From Salisapilia sapeloensis CBS 127946 (lineage: Eukaryota > Protista > Oomycota), in NCBI GenBank assembly GCA_023334545.1, contig JAADVB010000212.1:1-32904 (forward strand): a stretch of DNA of 32,904 nt, given 5' to 3'. The notes beneath the pieces were generated by a model. The model was not told the origin of the DNA. It did not search any database and saw nothing but the letters and a program-made list of their open reading frames with translations. How positions within the stretch are numbered: the stretch's first letter is position 1; the number at the start of each line of letters is the position of its first letter. Below are positions 11,501 to 20,869 of the stretch, piece by piece. A program made the position numbers and the translations under genes.

Positions 11501-14500
11501 CTCGTGGTCCTTTTGCCGACAAGTCAATGTCTTTAAAACTACCGCTAAATGCCCATCGATTGCTTTTGAGAGCGCTAAGTGAATACCGACCAACGGTCAC
11601 AGCAACTCGGCGTGTGCTTTCATGACCGTCACATTTACACCATGCTTCAACAGAAACCTTTGCATCTGGTGATGTCGGGTAAAAGCGATCAATGTATTTA
11701 AATCGCACGTAGCTTCGGTTCTTCTTATCTAACTGAACAGCACGATTGAATGCCACATTGCATACAGGACCATCCGCTTCTAGCCTGCATCCAGGTAAAA
11801 AGTCTCCGATCCAATCCTTACTGTATGTACCCATATTCGCGGCAATTAGAGTTCCTCGCCGCTCACACAGTGTCCAGTAACCGGAGGGTTTATGAGAAAC
11901 AATGAGATCAGAATAAGAAGTCGCTTGCTTCACAACTGCTTGTAGCAGTAGAAGAGATGCCATGGAAAAGTGAAGCATCGAAAGATTGTGCTTAATGTGG
12001 CAGTAGTCACCATCGAGTAGGTCATCGGCTATAAACGTATAGCTGTCTGGTAAGAGGCTGAGTCTTTCCAAGCATTTGGATTGTAGCTTTATTCCAGTCA
12101 TCGATACAAGTCGGTCTATCATATACCGCATCTTAGGTACTAAAGTGCGTCGGAGACTCGGTTTCTCTACTTCGGATATCGATCTAACACCGAAACGCTG
12201 ACGGATACCAACATACATGTGCGTCGTCCAAAACCATTCACTAATGTCTCCACTTCCACAAAGCAAGTTTAGACAGTAGACAATGAGTTTTGCATGCAGA
12301 CCTGCTGTAAATCCTGCTCCGACCATCTTTGATGTGCTGCGTAGAAAGTGGCGAAGTATGTTCTTAAACGTCCGTACAGCTATCTCGGCAAGAATGAGCA
12401 GTCGAATGTCGGCTGCATGCTGCTGGCATTCAAGCCACCCGCTATAAATGTCAACATTTTGTTCCGAGTGATCTGGATGAACTCGATCTAAAGTTATACA
12501 CGTTGCATCAAATCGGTGGCGTCTACTCATACTGACTTTAAACTGCTTTCCATGGATGATGATCGGTCCACCTCGCTCTACTTCTCTCGTGAAATCATCC
12601 GTGGATGCAACTTCAGCTGTGCCATACTGAAGTGTGACTGTGCCTGTGAGTTGGAACACAAACTTGGATCGTAATAAACCAAGGTGTCGCACGTTAATAC
12701 CGTGTCGATGGAGCTCTGTTGTCAAGTAGAAGGCTTCAGAGGTAAAGTATCGCTCTTTCTGTGATAACTTGACGGCAAAATTGTGAAGGACATCACCTAG
12801 CAAATATTTCGTAGCTTTTTCCACACCTGATGCTTGCTCTTGCCAATCCGGTGTGCAATACGTCATATACGATAGTGCATCTGATGATAGTGGCTCTTCG
12901 TTCATTGCGACAAACTCCGGTCGTAGCTGTCTCCATAAAATAGACAGTCCTCTTGTCGATTGTGGTAGGTGGATGGTAAGACTCGGGTCTTCCGGTGGCA
13001 TCGCTCGAGCGAACTGAAGTAGTGCAAAACCTTTCTCTGTCGTTGCGTATCCCAACATGTCTGCAGGTCCATGGAAAACCTTGGATGTTAAATCCTGGTA
13101 ACCGCGTGCGCTGTGACGTTTTAGGTTTAGACGACCTGCAGCATCTTCTAGTATCTTGGACATCTCTTTACTCTGAGAGATCATCGTTTTACCTCTGCTA
13201 TCACTCCCGCAAAGCAACTGCTTGGTGCGTTTCTGTATTGCCGTACCAGCTTCATTCCAAGTGATGGTCTCGATCGGAAGCTTAGCCACACATAGCAGTC
13301 GGAAACCTGCATAGTCAACGGTACATTGGAGTGGGAGCAAAAGGTTTTGAACGTGGCTTAAGTGCCTGAAATATAATGCCGAGTTTCGGATCTCATGAGA
13401 CGCATACTTGGCCGCGTACTCGTCTGAATTTTCAAACCGGCCATGATCGTCGGTGCAAAATTGAAATCGAATGTTATGGCATTCATATGTATGTCGATAA
13501 GTCGATCGAACGTCATCCTTCCGTCCATCGACTTCAGAAGTGGTAGTTGGCAAGATAGATTTATCTCGAAGAGGTAGCGGGTACTCTCGAATGAGTATCA
13601 TGCCAATAGCACGCGCTGTCTCAACAAAATCATGACAGACATTCGACAGCTCCGTGTATTTCTGAGAAGCTTCTTCTGCGGTACTATCAGGTGTGCGCAA
13701 AGCGTTGTAAAAGCGCTCCGTCCATTTGACTCGATCTGCCGAGAGTATAGGATATTTAGATTGCTCTTTGAGCTGCTGCTTTTGAGTGTGCAGTAACGCA
13801 ATTTCGGCTTCCTTCCAAGCTTTCATCGCTTCCATAAGTTGTTTGTGAGTATCATCTACTTTCTTTCTCTTTTCATTAAGTTCAAAAAGATTTGCATGCT
13901 CTAGAGCAGCCATTGAATCCACTTCTTCTGTTTGCTTCTCTTCGCTTTCAATGTGTGCTGCCGCTAACACGTCTTTCTTGTATCCCATGCGAATGAGTTT
14001 CTTTTCAATCATAGTGGCATTCGCTTTCGTCTGTTCTGATGCTTGGAAAGTGACTAGATTTTGTAGTATAGAATCATTTATTTCAAGCACTCGATGCATA
14101 AGCTCTTCCGCCACTCCAAACTCCATGTCGGTAGTAAAAATACGAACAAAACCTTGTGCAAGATCCTCTGCACCACGAATAATACGGAAGTGATCGAACA
14201 AGTCTGTTTCCAATCGGTTCATGTCAAATGTCCCATCCGACTTGCGGAAAGCTTGTACATAAGTGCAAAGGTGCCGCTTTGATGGTAGCTCTTGAAGCAT
14301 CTCTTGCAGTTTTAAATCTGTCAACCCACGACACATACTCTGTAATCGGTTTTTAAAGTCAACTAAAGCAGTGTCTGTACATCCTAGACGTAACTCTGTT
14401 CCCACTTCGTCTCTTGTTAGCCCTTTACCATATGCGATGGCATCAAAGCGTCCTCTGACCATGTCATCCTGTCTCTGACGACTAGCTTCAAGTCGAATTT

Positions 14501-17500
14501 CCCGTTCCTCTTCATCGACAAAATGTAAAGAAGTTTCACGCGCAACCTTGTCATCCTCTTCCACTTCTTCCCAATGCTCTTTTGTGTCCTTGGTTTCATT
14601 TATCGCAATCATCTCTTTCATGATAGATATATCTGCTGTGGCTTCTTTGGCTTTTACGACATTATCAACAAGTTCTTTAGAAACAGTGCCTTCTAAATAG
14701 ACGAGATCGGCATGCGGTTTCTCTACCAAATCCTTATGCGTCACATAGCCGAGCGATTCCTCCATCTCTCGAAACCTATTTTCCACTTCCTTTTGCGCTT
14801 GCTGGACTGCTTCCTCCCGCATTAACGCCATGACTTCGTCTCGGCTGAACGTATTTCCCTTTGTACGTAGCTTGACCTGACGCATCCGAATCTTTGCTTC
14901 AAACCTCATCTTTTCCACCGAGTGACCGGGTTTTTCATCCTTCTCTTGCCACTCTGCCTCGATAGTGTCTCTCGCTTCTTGCAACTCTACGCCTCGAGCA
15001 TGGTAAAATGCTTGCTTTTCAGCTGCAAAACGAGCCATTTGACGCCCTCGTTTGGCTCGCCAACCTGTTTGGAGTTTGATAGCAGCACGTAGCATCATAT
15101 CCATGCGGAAGTTAATGAGATTTCTGTAGCCACCATGATCTAACGGAACGACTTTGGATAGCAAGTTGGAATGACGTTTGGGTAAGTACTTGGAATAATC
15201 TGTTTTTAGCGGGTCATTTTCACCCATGGCAAGTGCTCTTGTGTGTATGACCTCTTTCCTATACATGGAAAGCTGTTGGCGGCAATGAGCAGATTCGTAT
15301 GCGATAGCATACTGGAGATCGCTCATGTTGATTAAACCGAGTCGATAGCGATGTACCGCACTCATATGTTGGATCACGAACCGACTCAGTTGGTCATACT
15401 GCCACACGTGATGGAAGATGTCACACAAATATTTCGATTGCTCCACCGTTCCAATACAATAGCGTTCAAATTCTAAACTAGTCATACCATCGATTCGTTG
15501 TCCACTTGCATGCGCCTTCAGTTCACCAGTAGGTACACCTAGCTTTAGGAATTCACGATCAGCTAAACGTAGTAGAAACTCACGCGTGAGTCCGCGAGGC
15601 AAGTGAAGATCTTGTATACGAATGATCAAGTCCACTGCTAATCGCAATATTTCTGCAAATGCGTTTCGCGATAGAACTTGAATTGTAGTTTTACGATTGC
15701 AAAAGAGGCGAAAGACGAATTGAGTTCTTTCATGAAGGCTGTTGGCGGCGCTGCCTATGATTAATGCTATTGCGAGCTCCAACAAGGTACATCGGATTTG
15801 ACCTTCACCATTCTTAGACTTGGTTAAACAACTATAAAGCGGAAGAAATATCTGTTCTTGGTGGTAGATCGCTTCGCCTCTTTTAAGTAAAAACAGTTCT
15901 TCATCGTACATTTTGCAGATCGATTCCAATTCCTTTTCTTTCGACGTGATTTGGTCTTGCGCGAATAAAAGTTGAGACCGGTTTTTCGCGTCAGACCCTC
16001 CAATCACTTTGCTTTTGGCGTTTTGAAGAGCTACGAACTCTTCCTTTGCTATTCGAAGCGCCTGTTTTGCCTCTTCCATGTCGTGCTGTAGCTTGGACAT
16101 CTCGCTTTCGTGAAACTCGAGCCGATGACGGCCGATTGGTTCATCCACACGCCGAACACGCTTAATTTGGCCTAGTAGTTCATCACACTCCCGTTGTGCT
16201 GTTGAGATCTTTTCCTCGACTTTTTTCGTTTGCTGTTCCAACTCTTCGTCTTCTCGATCCCATTGCTCCTGCAATCGTTTGCTTTGAGCTTGAAACGTAC
16301 GAAAGAATGTGTCGTTCGGGTCAAGCTCCTTCTTTGCTCGATCGAATTCATTCTGACGTTGCTGACGCTGCTTCTGCCTTTTAGCTTCAACATCTTCTTT
16401 TCGCTCCTTTAAAATTTGTCCTTTACTCCTTTCGCTCCCGATGTTCGTCTCCATACGTTCATAATAATATTTAACTTTCTTATCAAACAGCTCATCTTCC
16501 TGTGCCTGTACTGCATCTTGAGCTTGTATCACGGTCTCCATCTCATTAGAAGCTTTCTTTAATGTGTAGCCAAAGAAGATAGGACTTCGGATCGTTGGAT
16601 CGATCGATTCAGGTAATTTTCGTTTAATCACGCGAGGCTGCTTTAATGATAAAAGATAAGGAGTTAATTCGTTTGCTTCTGCCTGTATTTCGTTTGAGGC
16701 CGACTGTGGATCAGGTATCGAACTCTCATCTATCAAACCTTCCTCTGTCTCTTTCTCCTCTGCGTCATCTGTCGCTGCTGGCTTTGTAGCAGGTATAATG
16801 TCGTCGTCTTCCTCACTCTCTTCATCAGAATCAACGATTCTCTTCTTTTGTCTGGAAGTCTGGGGATTGTTCTCTACATCTACATCTTCCTTTTCCTCTT
16901 CGTCTTCACTATCGTGTTCACTTTCATCTACGCTTGCAGCAGAGCTACTGGCACTATCGTCCGTAAAACCATCAATCTCGTGACGCTCTGGAGGTGGTAG
17001 CACAGTGTCTCCTGTACTGTATTCGTTGAACAGAGTTACTGCAGCTGGGTCCTTGTCCATTGCATATCCAGATGCTGAAGGATGCCAGCTCTTTGTCGCT
17101 GCAGCATGTGACTCCAAGTCTTCCTGCATATGAACCTGTGTTGCTGCTTTAATATAAGGAGCCCAGCAAACGATACGATGTAGATCGACACCATCAAAAG
17201 AAGCTAGTAGATGGCTTTCCATCTCCTGTACTAGTAGCTGGTGTTGTCGTAATGAAGTAGTAACTGCTTCTTTACGCTGCATGAGTTCCGTTCGAGAGAC
17301 TAGAGTCAAACGTTCATCCTCATTACCCCCCATGTGGGTGTCCAATTGTTGTAACTCGGACTCTACATGATCTAAAATGTCTATTTCTTGCTGAACAGTG
17401 AGATGCAATACATCAACCTGATCTTTGACACTTGACAAGTCGATTCGAGTCGCGAGTTCCGAAGAATTGTGGGCATCAAACTGCATATACCATCTCAACA

Positions 17501-17678
17501 TAGATGTGATCCGATCCGTACTCCAATTGAAGCAAAAAGAAAAGATCTGCTGCCGCTGCGCTACATCATTTTCCGATCGTTTCGTTTGTTCCGTACGAGG
17601 CGAATCGTAGTTGGAAATGACACCATTCATTTCTTCCTTTGTATCCTCTTCCAGAAACTTAGATATTTCACCACCCAT
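8544..17678 (-). CDS. Giant (about 3044 aa) multidomain protein: coiled coils, EF-hand-like region, IQ motif, CLU domain, LamG/ConA-like domain, C-terminal leucine-rich repeats
   Basis: Single 9.1-kb ORF; the first ATG at 17678 gives MGGEISK. IQ-like AAIKLQTGWRAKRGR (about 15040-15090). CLU-like TVDYAGFRLLCVAKLPI...LLCGSDSRGKT...FARAMPPE...LWRQLRPEFV (about 12900-13640) and LTTELHRHGINVRHLG. LamG-like SVEAWCK...WVYLVGTFDGTIMRFYADG...LRIG...FHGCIAHVAYY. Many LxxLxLSxCxxLTD repeats of the FBXL/AMN1 type (about 8820-10180). Confidence 0.88.
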   Translation of the reverse strand: MGGEISKFLEEDTKEEMNGVISNYDSPRTEQTKRSENDVAQRQQIFSFCFNWSTDRITSMLRWYMQFDAHNSSELATRIDLSSVKDQVDVLHLTVQQEIDILDHVESELQQLDTHMGGNEDERLTLVSRTELMQRKEAVTTSLRQHQLLVQEMESHLLASFDGVDLHRIVCWAPYIKAATQVHMQEDLESHAAATKSWHPSASGYAMDKDPAAVTLFNEYSTGDTVLPPPERHEIDGFTDDSASSSAASVDESEHDSEDEEEKEDVDVENNPQTSRQKKRIVDSDEESEEDDDIIPATKPAATDDAEEKETEEGLIDESSIPDPQSASNEIQAEANELTPYLLSLKQPRVIKRKLPESIDPTIRSPIFFGYTLKKASNEMETVIQAQDAVQAQEDELFDKKVKYYYERMETNIGSERSKGQILKERKEDVEAKRQKQRQQRQNEFDRAKKELDPNDTFFRTFQAQSKRLQEQWDREDEELEQQTKKVEEKISTAQRECDELLGQIKRVRRVDEPIGRHRLEFHESEMSKLQHDMEEAKQALRIAKEEFVALQNAKSKVIGGSDAKNRSQLLFAQDQITSKEKELESICKMYDEELFLLKRGEAIYHQEQIFLPLYSCLTKSKNGEGQIRCTLLELAIALIIGSAANSLHERTQFVFRLFCNRKTTIQVLSRNAFAEILRLAVDLIIRIQDLHLPRGLTREFLLRLADREFLKLGVPTGELKAHASGQRIDGMTSLEFERYCIGTVEQSKYLCDIFHHVWQYDQLSRFVIQHMSAVHRYRLGLINMSDLQYAIAYESAHCRQQLSMYRKEVIHTRALAMGENDPLKTDYSKYLPKRHSNLLSKVVPLDHGGYRNLINFRMDMMLRAAIKLQTGWRAKRGRQMARFAAEKQAFYHARGVELQEARDTIEAEWQEKDEKPGHSVEKMRFEAKIRMRQVKLRTKGNTFSRDEVMALMREEAVQQAQKEVENRFREMEESLGYVTHKDLVEKPHADLVYLEGTVSKELVDNVVKAKEATADISIMKEMIAINETKDTKEHWEEVEEDDKVARETSLHFVDEEEREIRLEASRQRQDDMVRGRFDAIAYGKGLTRDEVGTELRLGCTDTALVDFKNRLQSMCRGLTDLKLQEMLQELPSKRHLCTYVQAFRKSDGTFDMNRLETDLFDHFRIIRGAEDLAQGFVRIFTTDMEFGVAEELMHRVLEINDSILQNLVTFQASEQTKANATMIEKKLIRMGYKKDVLAAAHIESEEKQTEEVDSMAALEHANLFELNEKRKKVDDTHKQLMEAMKAWKEAEIALLHTQKQQLKEQSKYPILSADRVKWTERFYNALRTPDSTAEEASQKYTELSNVCHDFVETARAIGMILIREYPLPLRDKSILPTTTSEVDGRKDDVRSTYRHTYECHNIRFQFCTDDHGRFENSDEYAAKYASHEIRNSALYFRHLSHVQNLLLPLQCTVDYAGFRLLCVAKLPIETITWNEAGTAIQKRTKQLLCGSDSRGKTMISQSKEMSKILEDAAGRLNLKRHSARGYQDLTSKVFHGPADMLGYATTEKGFALLQFARAMPPEDPSLTIHLPQSTRGLSILWRQLRPEFVAMNEEPLSSDALSYMTYCTPDWQEQASGVEKATKYLLGDVLHNFAVKLSQKERYFTSEAFYLTTELHRHGINVRHLGLLRSKFVFQLTGTVTLQYGTAEVASTDDFTREVERGGPIIIHGKQFKVSMSRRHRFDATCITLDRVHPDHSEQNVDIYSGWLECQQHAADIRLLILAEIAVRTFKNILRHFLRSTSKMVGAGFTAGLHAKLIVYCLNLLCGSGDISEWFWTTHMYVGIRQRFGVRSISEVEKPSLRRTLVPKMRYMIDRLVSMTGIKLQSKCLERLSLLPDSYTFIADDLLDGDYCHIKHNLSMLHFSMASLLLLQAVVKQATSYSDLIVSHKPSGYWTLCERRGTLIAANMGTYSKDWIGDFLPGCRLEADGPVCNVAFNRAVQLDKKNRSYVRFKYIDRFYPTSPDAKVSVEAWCKCDGHESTRRVAVTVGRYSLSALKSNRWAFSGSFKDIDLSAKGPRVVFGKWVYLVGTFDGTIMRFYADGYLCHELEVDAVVDQALAKREAMIQKKRDDINQLEDDAKALCFKDVESEMQTYFVTKEGKKNIKAMSQKLCEEHKFRSRLSQGSVASAAEDSRLQTKQKAKTMKDLSKVSYLDFEPLAKKQSIRSEYEERLKVVVKEYEEMRNRVNLEIENDLAEQATQGNRPLRIGCLSSARRKDGKRFFHGCIAHVAYYNGHTLSHDEINSHFVMGTRDRANESDYFFSLSASRFQQALSFAPDDKLMLRKFADNICASLKYDLDQQYAQNMYKKKVRCGLVPLLTSENVHGIAEILKSLPRDIAFSDLFIHCYRSVLEMDSQYFQATESDQCRLSLPDLARMPLDFFFGSQTAYSLGCLKCDDKDDIESTEESMLHVFTDVVCRVLEVFPTYYGDELTNLSWVRSLQNQKAIAYFILASESGEDPRCIDLKHVLDINDHDFEIIARNNTFCTSLKANNCRLLSDEGIGRAFQSLSHVEELELSYCDQLGDTAFQYIGRVCTKLQRVWLAHCYNLTDTGIEALARSNAKLRELGLSYCSHVTDYTLLFLAKYVRKLHTLDVEMCVQIRSTGVEGMLKKMQDPSTLLKLNFSGCQRLDDIALLNVALHCPELRHLNVNKCEKLTDKSLKRITHNCVKINTLLAEDVMSISSTSFMFDQVNDGRDIVDRKMLTNIIELSVAGGASIDDVLLGHVGHRARRLKSINISRCSGVTDQGLRWLFCDNLSGKPTDISLEAVDLSFCLQLSADGIKAVVMKCTDVTTVKLAGCSYLTDENVADIVQTCSKLIRLDISFCRNLTDVALESIAKHLWLEELNLARCIKISDKGLLSIVAQAEALQSLNLSSCKKLTSQSFQAIYDRLKLLSTLDVTHCPHFTSDDMAQFQRRRVDVYCTPHDSKDLEASKDEAMVGSNNQQQVEGNAEHTDSEQDMNKKAHIKKNAYRNSSLYRRLAESRKKSTTLPPIRKQAQPEDTT

Positions 17679-17919
17679 CTCACCTGGTCTAATAGCAATT
17701 ATATAGCTACCAAGGTGCAAAGAATGAATCAAATAGATCGGTAAAAAGGCTTGTATAAGAGAAAATGGGCGTCTCCTCGCTCCATCATTAAGTTTGTTTC
17801 AGACGTTGTTGAAGAGACGCCTAGCAATCTTTTCATCCAATCATATAGACATAAACGACAAAACGATGATGCAGGTTGGATAAAATGTCTCTCTTTTCTT
17901 CAACATCCAACAGAGAAGT

Positions 17920-20817
17920 ATGCACCGGATACAGATAACGAACCTAGAGGAGAATACCTGCATCTCCTATCCGCTCGTACTATTAGAGGGGTATATCCAT
18001 GGCATTGCTGAAAAGTTTCAAGACCAAGCTACAAACTTGTTTCTTGAGGTATCAAGTGAGAATGCCACCGCTATGTTTTGGCCGGTGGCAGTACCCTCTG
18101 GTAGATATAAAGCATATTTGCTTCTGCCTTTCGAAGGCGCACACACAATCCATTTAAAGGTTGCCGGCTTTAATGAGAGGAAATTTGATATCAGCTACAA
18201 GAAACCTGAAGCAGTTGATATCATCCGCTTCTATTACCAAAAGTGTGCAGATGCAGGCGATGATCAGGGCTTCGATGCCCCTGATAATGTCGACAACTCG
18301 GACAAGGCTGCCATTTCTAAAATTCAGTTTAACGCCTTGCTTCTGCAGACAACCATGGCAGAGCTTATGCATGCGCAGGGTCTTGGCAGATGTACTTTTG
18401 TCATGGAATTGGACGCAAACAACCTCCCTATCGTCCCTCTCCTTCGTTCCAGTTTTGACAATGCTACTGCTCGGTCTATTCACGACCAAAAGCTTATCAA
18501 TCTTGTTAAACAAGATATAGAACATTATGGATACGACAAAAACATTACCGGCCGACTTAAGCACGAAGTAATCCTCGGATGCTCCACATTTAGTCGCGAA
18601 AAGCAGGCTCCGCTTGGTCACACCGCACTCGGTGGCTCCAAGGTTGGTGTCTTTGGCTCTTGCGGCCTACACACGTGGCCTAGTCACCTTGGCGAGCTTA
18701 CGGCTTGCTGCTTGGACAATCGACAGCTGGACACGAAGCGATTCTTTGACGATAGTTGCTATCGACGTACCTTTTGGTCAAACTACTCGACTGGTATCGG
18801 AGCATTCTTTCATGAAATGGGCCACACACTTGGCCTCCGACATGCCACGGACGGCATCATGTCTCGAGGTTTTGACGACATGAATCGCATCTTTAGCATA
18901 TACGAGGCAAATCATCGTTGCAAAGACCAAGCTTACAAGTCATGGGAGGTAAATGGAAGATTGGATCTCAATATGAAGCCTTTAAAAGAAGTATTGGACT
19001 GGCGAGGCGCAGTATGGAACCTTACTTCTGCCTTGAAATTGTCCAAATCGGACTGGTTGACGCACGGCCGGAAACCTCCCAAGGCAAGTGTACCTGTTGT
19101 TCGCTGGAAACAGAATGTCTGTGGTCCCGTTGGTTTTGGCGATCAAGATGGGGAACAGCATCCTTTTGGCGAATCAGCAAATGACTTTGACGTCGGAGTG
19201 ATTAAGATCAAAGCAGGAAACTCCGTCGAAAGTATTCAGTGTTTCTCACGCGACGAGGTGAAGCGTTGGGACTGGAATACTACGTTTGAAATGAATGAAG
19301 AACACATCTTTGCTCTCTTGGAAGAAGAGTATATTCTCCAGATAAATGTTCGTGCGATGTGTTGGGTTGACGCTGTACAAATTTGTACCAACATGAGAAC
19401 AACGAGATGGTATGGTGGGTGTGGTGGTCAGCAACAAACTCTGAAAGCTGCGAATGGATGGCACATCGCTTCCTTATATGGTAGTATCGGAAACCGCTTT
19501 GTGGGGACGATAGGTGCGTACTGTCAACCTGGAAGAGTACCTCTACGCCATCCTTTTAGCAAGAGGAATGGTGACTCGACACCGGGTGCTACTTATTCTG
19601 AATGCATGGGAAAAGCACGTGGAGACGGGAATCAAACTAAATTTACGTTTAATCAATCGTGCGAGGAAGGTGCCATTGTCGTCACGTGTGATGACAGGTA
19701 TGTGAAAAAACTGAGCATGAAGAACAAACAAAAGCACATGGACAATGTGGAACGACGTGATGGATGTAAAGGCTATGGACCGAAGGAGCATGTGCTAGAC
19801 CTCGTTCCGGAGGAGTATTTGACCAAGGTGGAGGTTAGAAGCGGATTCTGGATCGACGCGCTGCGTTTCCATACGAACAAGCGAGTGACGGGTTGGATCG
19901 GAGGCAGGAATGGTTCTACGACAGCATCGCTGGTTGCACCACCAGACCATAAGATATGCGGGTTCTATGGTAGTCATGGAAACAACTTTTTAGGCAGTGT
20001 CGGTGCGTGTTTTGGTCGCAGAGCTGTCAATGCCGATCTTTCGTCTGAGTTGAAGACGGGCGCGGATAGAGATGAAGAAGGGTATGAATCCTTTTCCCTA
20101 CTGCAATCTCCAGAATCTCTTTTTACCGATAAAGGATACGGAGATGGCATCAGTAGTGTGCTTGTATCTGTAAAGGATGGAGTCATTCAACATGTTGAAT
20201 CGAATGAAAACGCAGAGGGGTCAACACCTTTCCGAGCTAATATCAATCACCAGTTCGTACTGCGTAAAGAAGAGGAGGTAATTCAGCTCGAAGGCTCAGT
20301 CAATTCAGATGGAGCTCTTATCGGATTCTGTCTTCATACGACATCCAGATGCAGCTCATGGTATGGTCAACTCGATAACAATAACCTTCGATTCTATGTC
20401 GCTCCAGAGGGTCATTGCATCTCAAGCATTTCCTCCATCGCTTCAGACGGACAACTGGTTGATATTGTAGGTACTGTTCGATCATCTCCATCACCTTTTG
20501 CACCCTTGCAAGCGATTCACCAAGGCAATCTCGACCATGGCCAACGAGATGTTCGTCTAGAAGCCACAGATTTGAATGCTGTGCTGGAGTACGCGTTCCT
20601 AATGAAAAGACGTGAACGCGAGTATCTTGACTTCCGAGCTTGGCGATGGCATCAAGTGTCGTGTCAATCTCCTCCACGTCGCTGGTGTCTACCTCACAAT
20701 CTCCTGACAAGTCATTTGGATCAAGACAAAGTAAATAGCGATGAGCTCGTTCGAAACTATGCCGTTGGCGCCATCGACTCAAATGGTTATTATGGCGAAG
20801 CAACTGGATCCAATTAA
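17920..20817 (+). CDS. Putative zinc metallopeptidase (metzincin HExxHxxGxxH motif, yeast YIL108W-like) with C-terminal jacalin-like repeats, 965 aa
   Basis: HEMGHTLGLRH at 18811-18843, followed by the Met-turn-like GIMSRG. Repeated jacalin-type beta-prism motifs such as EYILQINVRAMCWVDAVQICTNMRTTRWYGGCGG, EYLTKVEVRSGFWIDALRFHTNKRVTGWIGG and EEVIQLEGSV...FCLHTTSRCSSWYG. Confidence 0.85.
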   Translation: MHRIQITNLEENTCISYPLVLLEGYIHGIAEKFQDQATNLFLEVSSENATAMFWPVAVPSGRYKAYLLLPFEGAHTIHLKVAGFNERKFDISYKKPEAVDIIRFYYQKCADAGDDQGFDAPDNVDNSDKAAISKIQFNALLLQTTMAELMHAQGLGRCTFVMELDANNLPIVPLLRSSFDNATARSIHDQKLINLVKQDIEHYGYDKNITGRLKHEVILGCSTFSREKQAPLGHTALGGSKVGVFGSCGLHTWPSHLGELTACCLDNRQLDTKRFFDDSCYRRTFWSNYSTGIGAFFHEMGHTLGLRHATDGIMSRGFDDMNRIFSIYEANHRCKDQAYKSWEVNGRLDLNMKPLKEVLDWRGAVWNLTSALKLSKSDWLTHGRKPPKASVPVVRWKQNVCGPVGFGDQDGEQHPFGESANDFDVGVIKIKAGNSVESIQCFSRDEVKRWDWNTTFEMNEEHIFALLEEEYILQINVRAMCWVDAVQICTNMRTTRWYGGCGGQQQTLKAANGWHIASLYGSIGNRFVGTIGAYCQPGRVPLRHPFSKRNGDSTPGATYSECMGKARGDGNQTKFTFNQSCEEGAIVVTCDDRYVKKLSMKNKQKHMDNVERRDGCKGYGPKEHVLDLVPEEYLTKVEVRSGFWIDALRFHTNKRVTGWIGGRNGSTTASLVAPPDHKICGFYGSHGNNFLGSVGACFGRRAVNADLSSELKTGADRDEEGYESFSLLQSPESLFTDKGYGDGISSVLVSVKDGVIQHVESNENAEGSTPFRANINHQFVLRKEEEVIQLEGSVNSDGALIGFCLHTTSRCSSWYGQLDNNNLRFYVAPEGHCISSISSIASDGQLVDIVGTVRSSPSPFAPLQAIHQGNLDHGQRDVRLEATDLNAVLEYAFLMKRREREYLDFRAWRWHQVSCQSPPRRWCLPHNLLTSHLDQDKVNSDELVRNYAVGAIDSNGYYGEATGSN

Positions 20818-20869
20818 GTTCAAAGCTCACTCCTAAAATGTTTTTGTATTGCGTTATAATTTCCATCGT

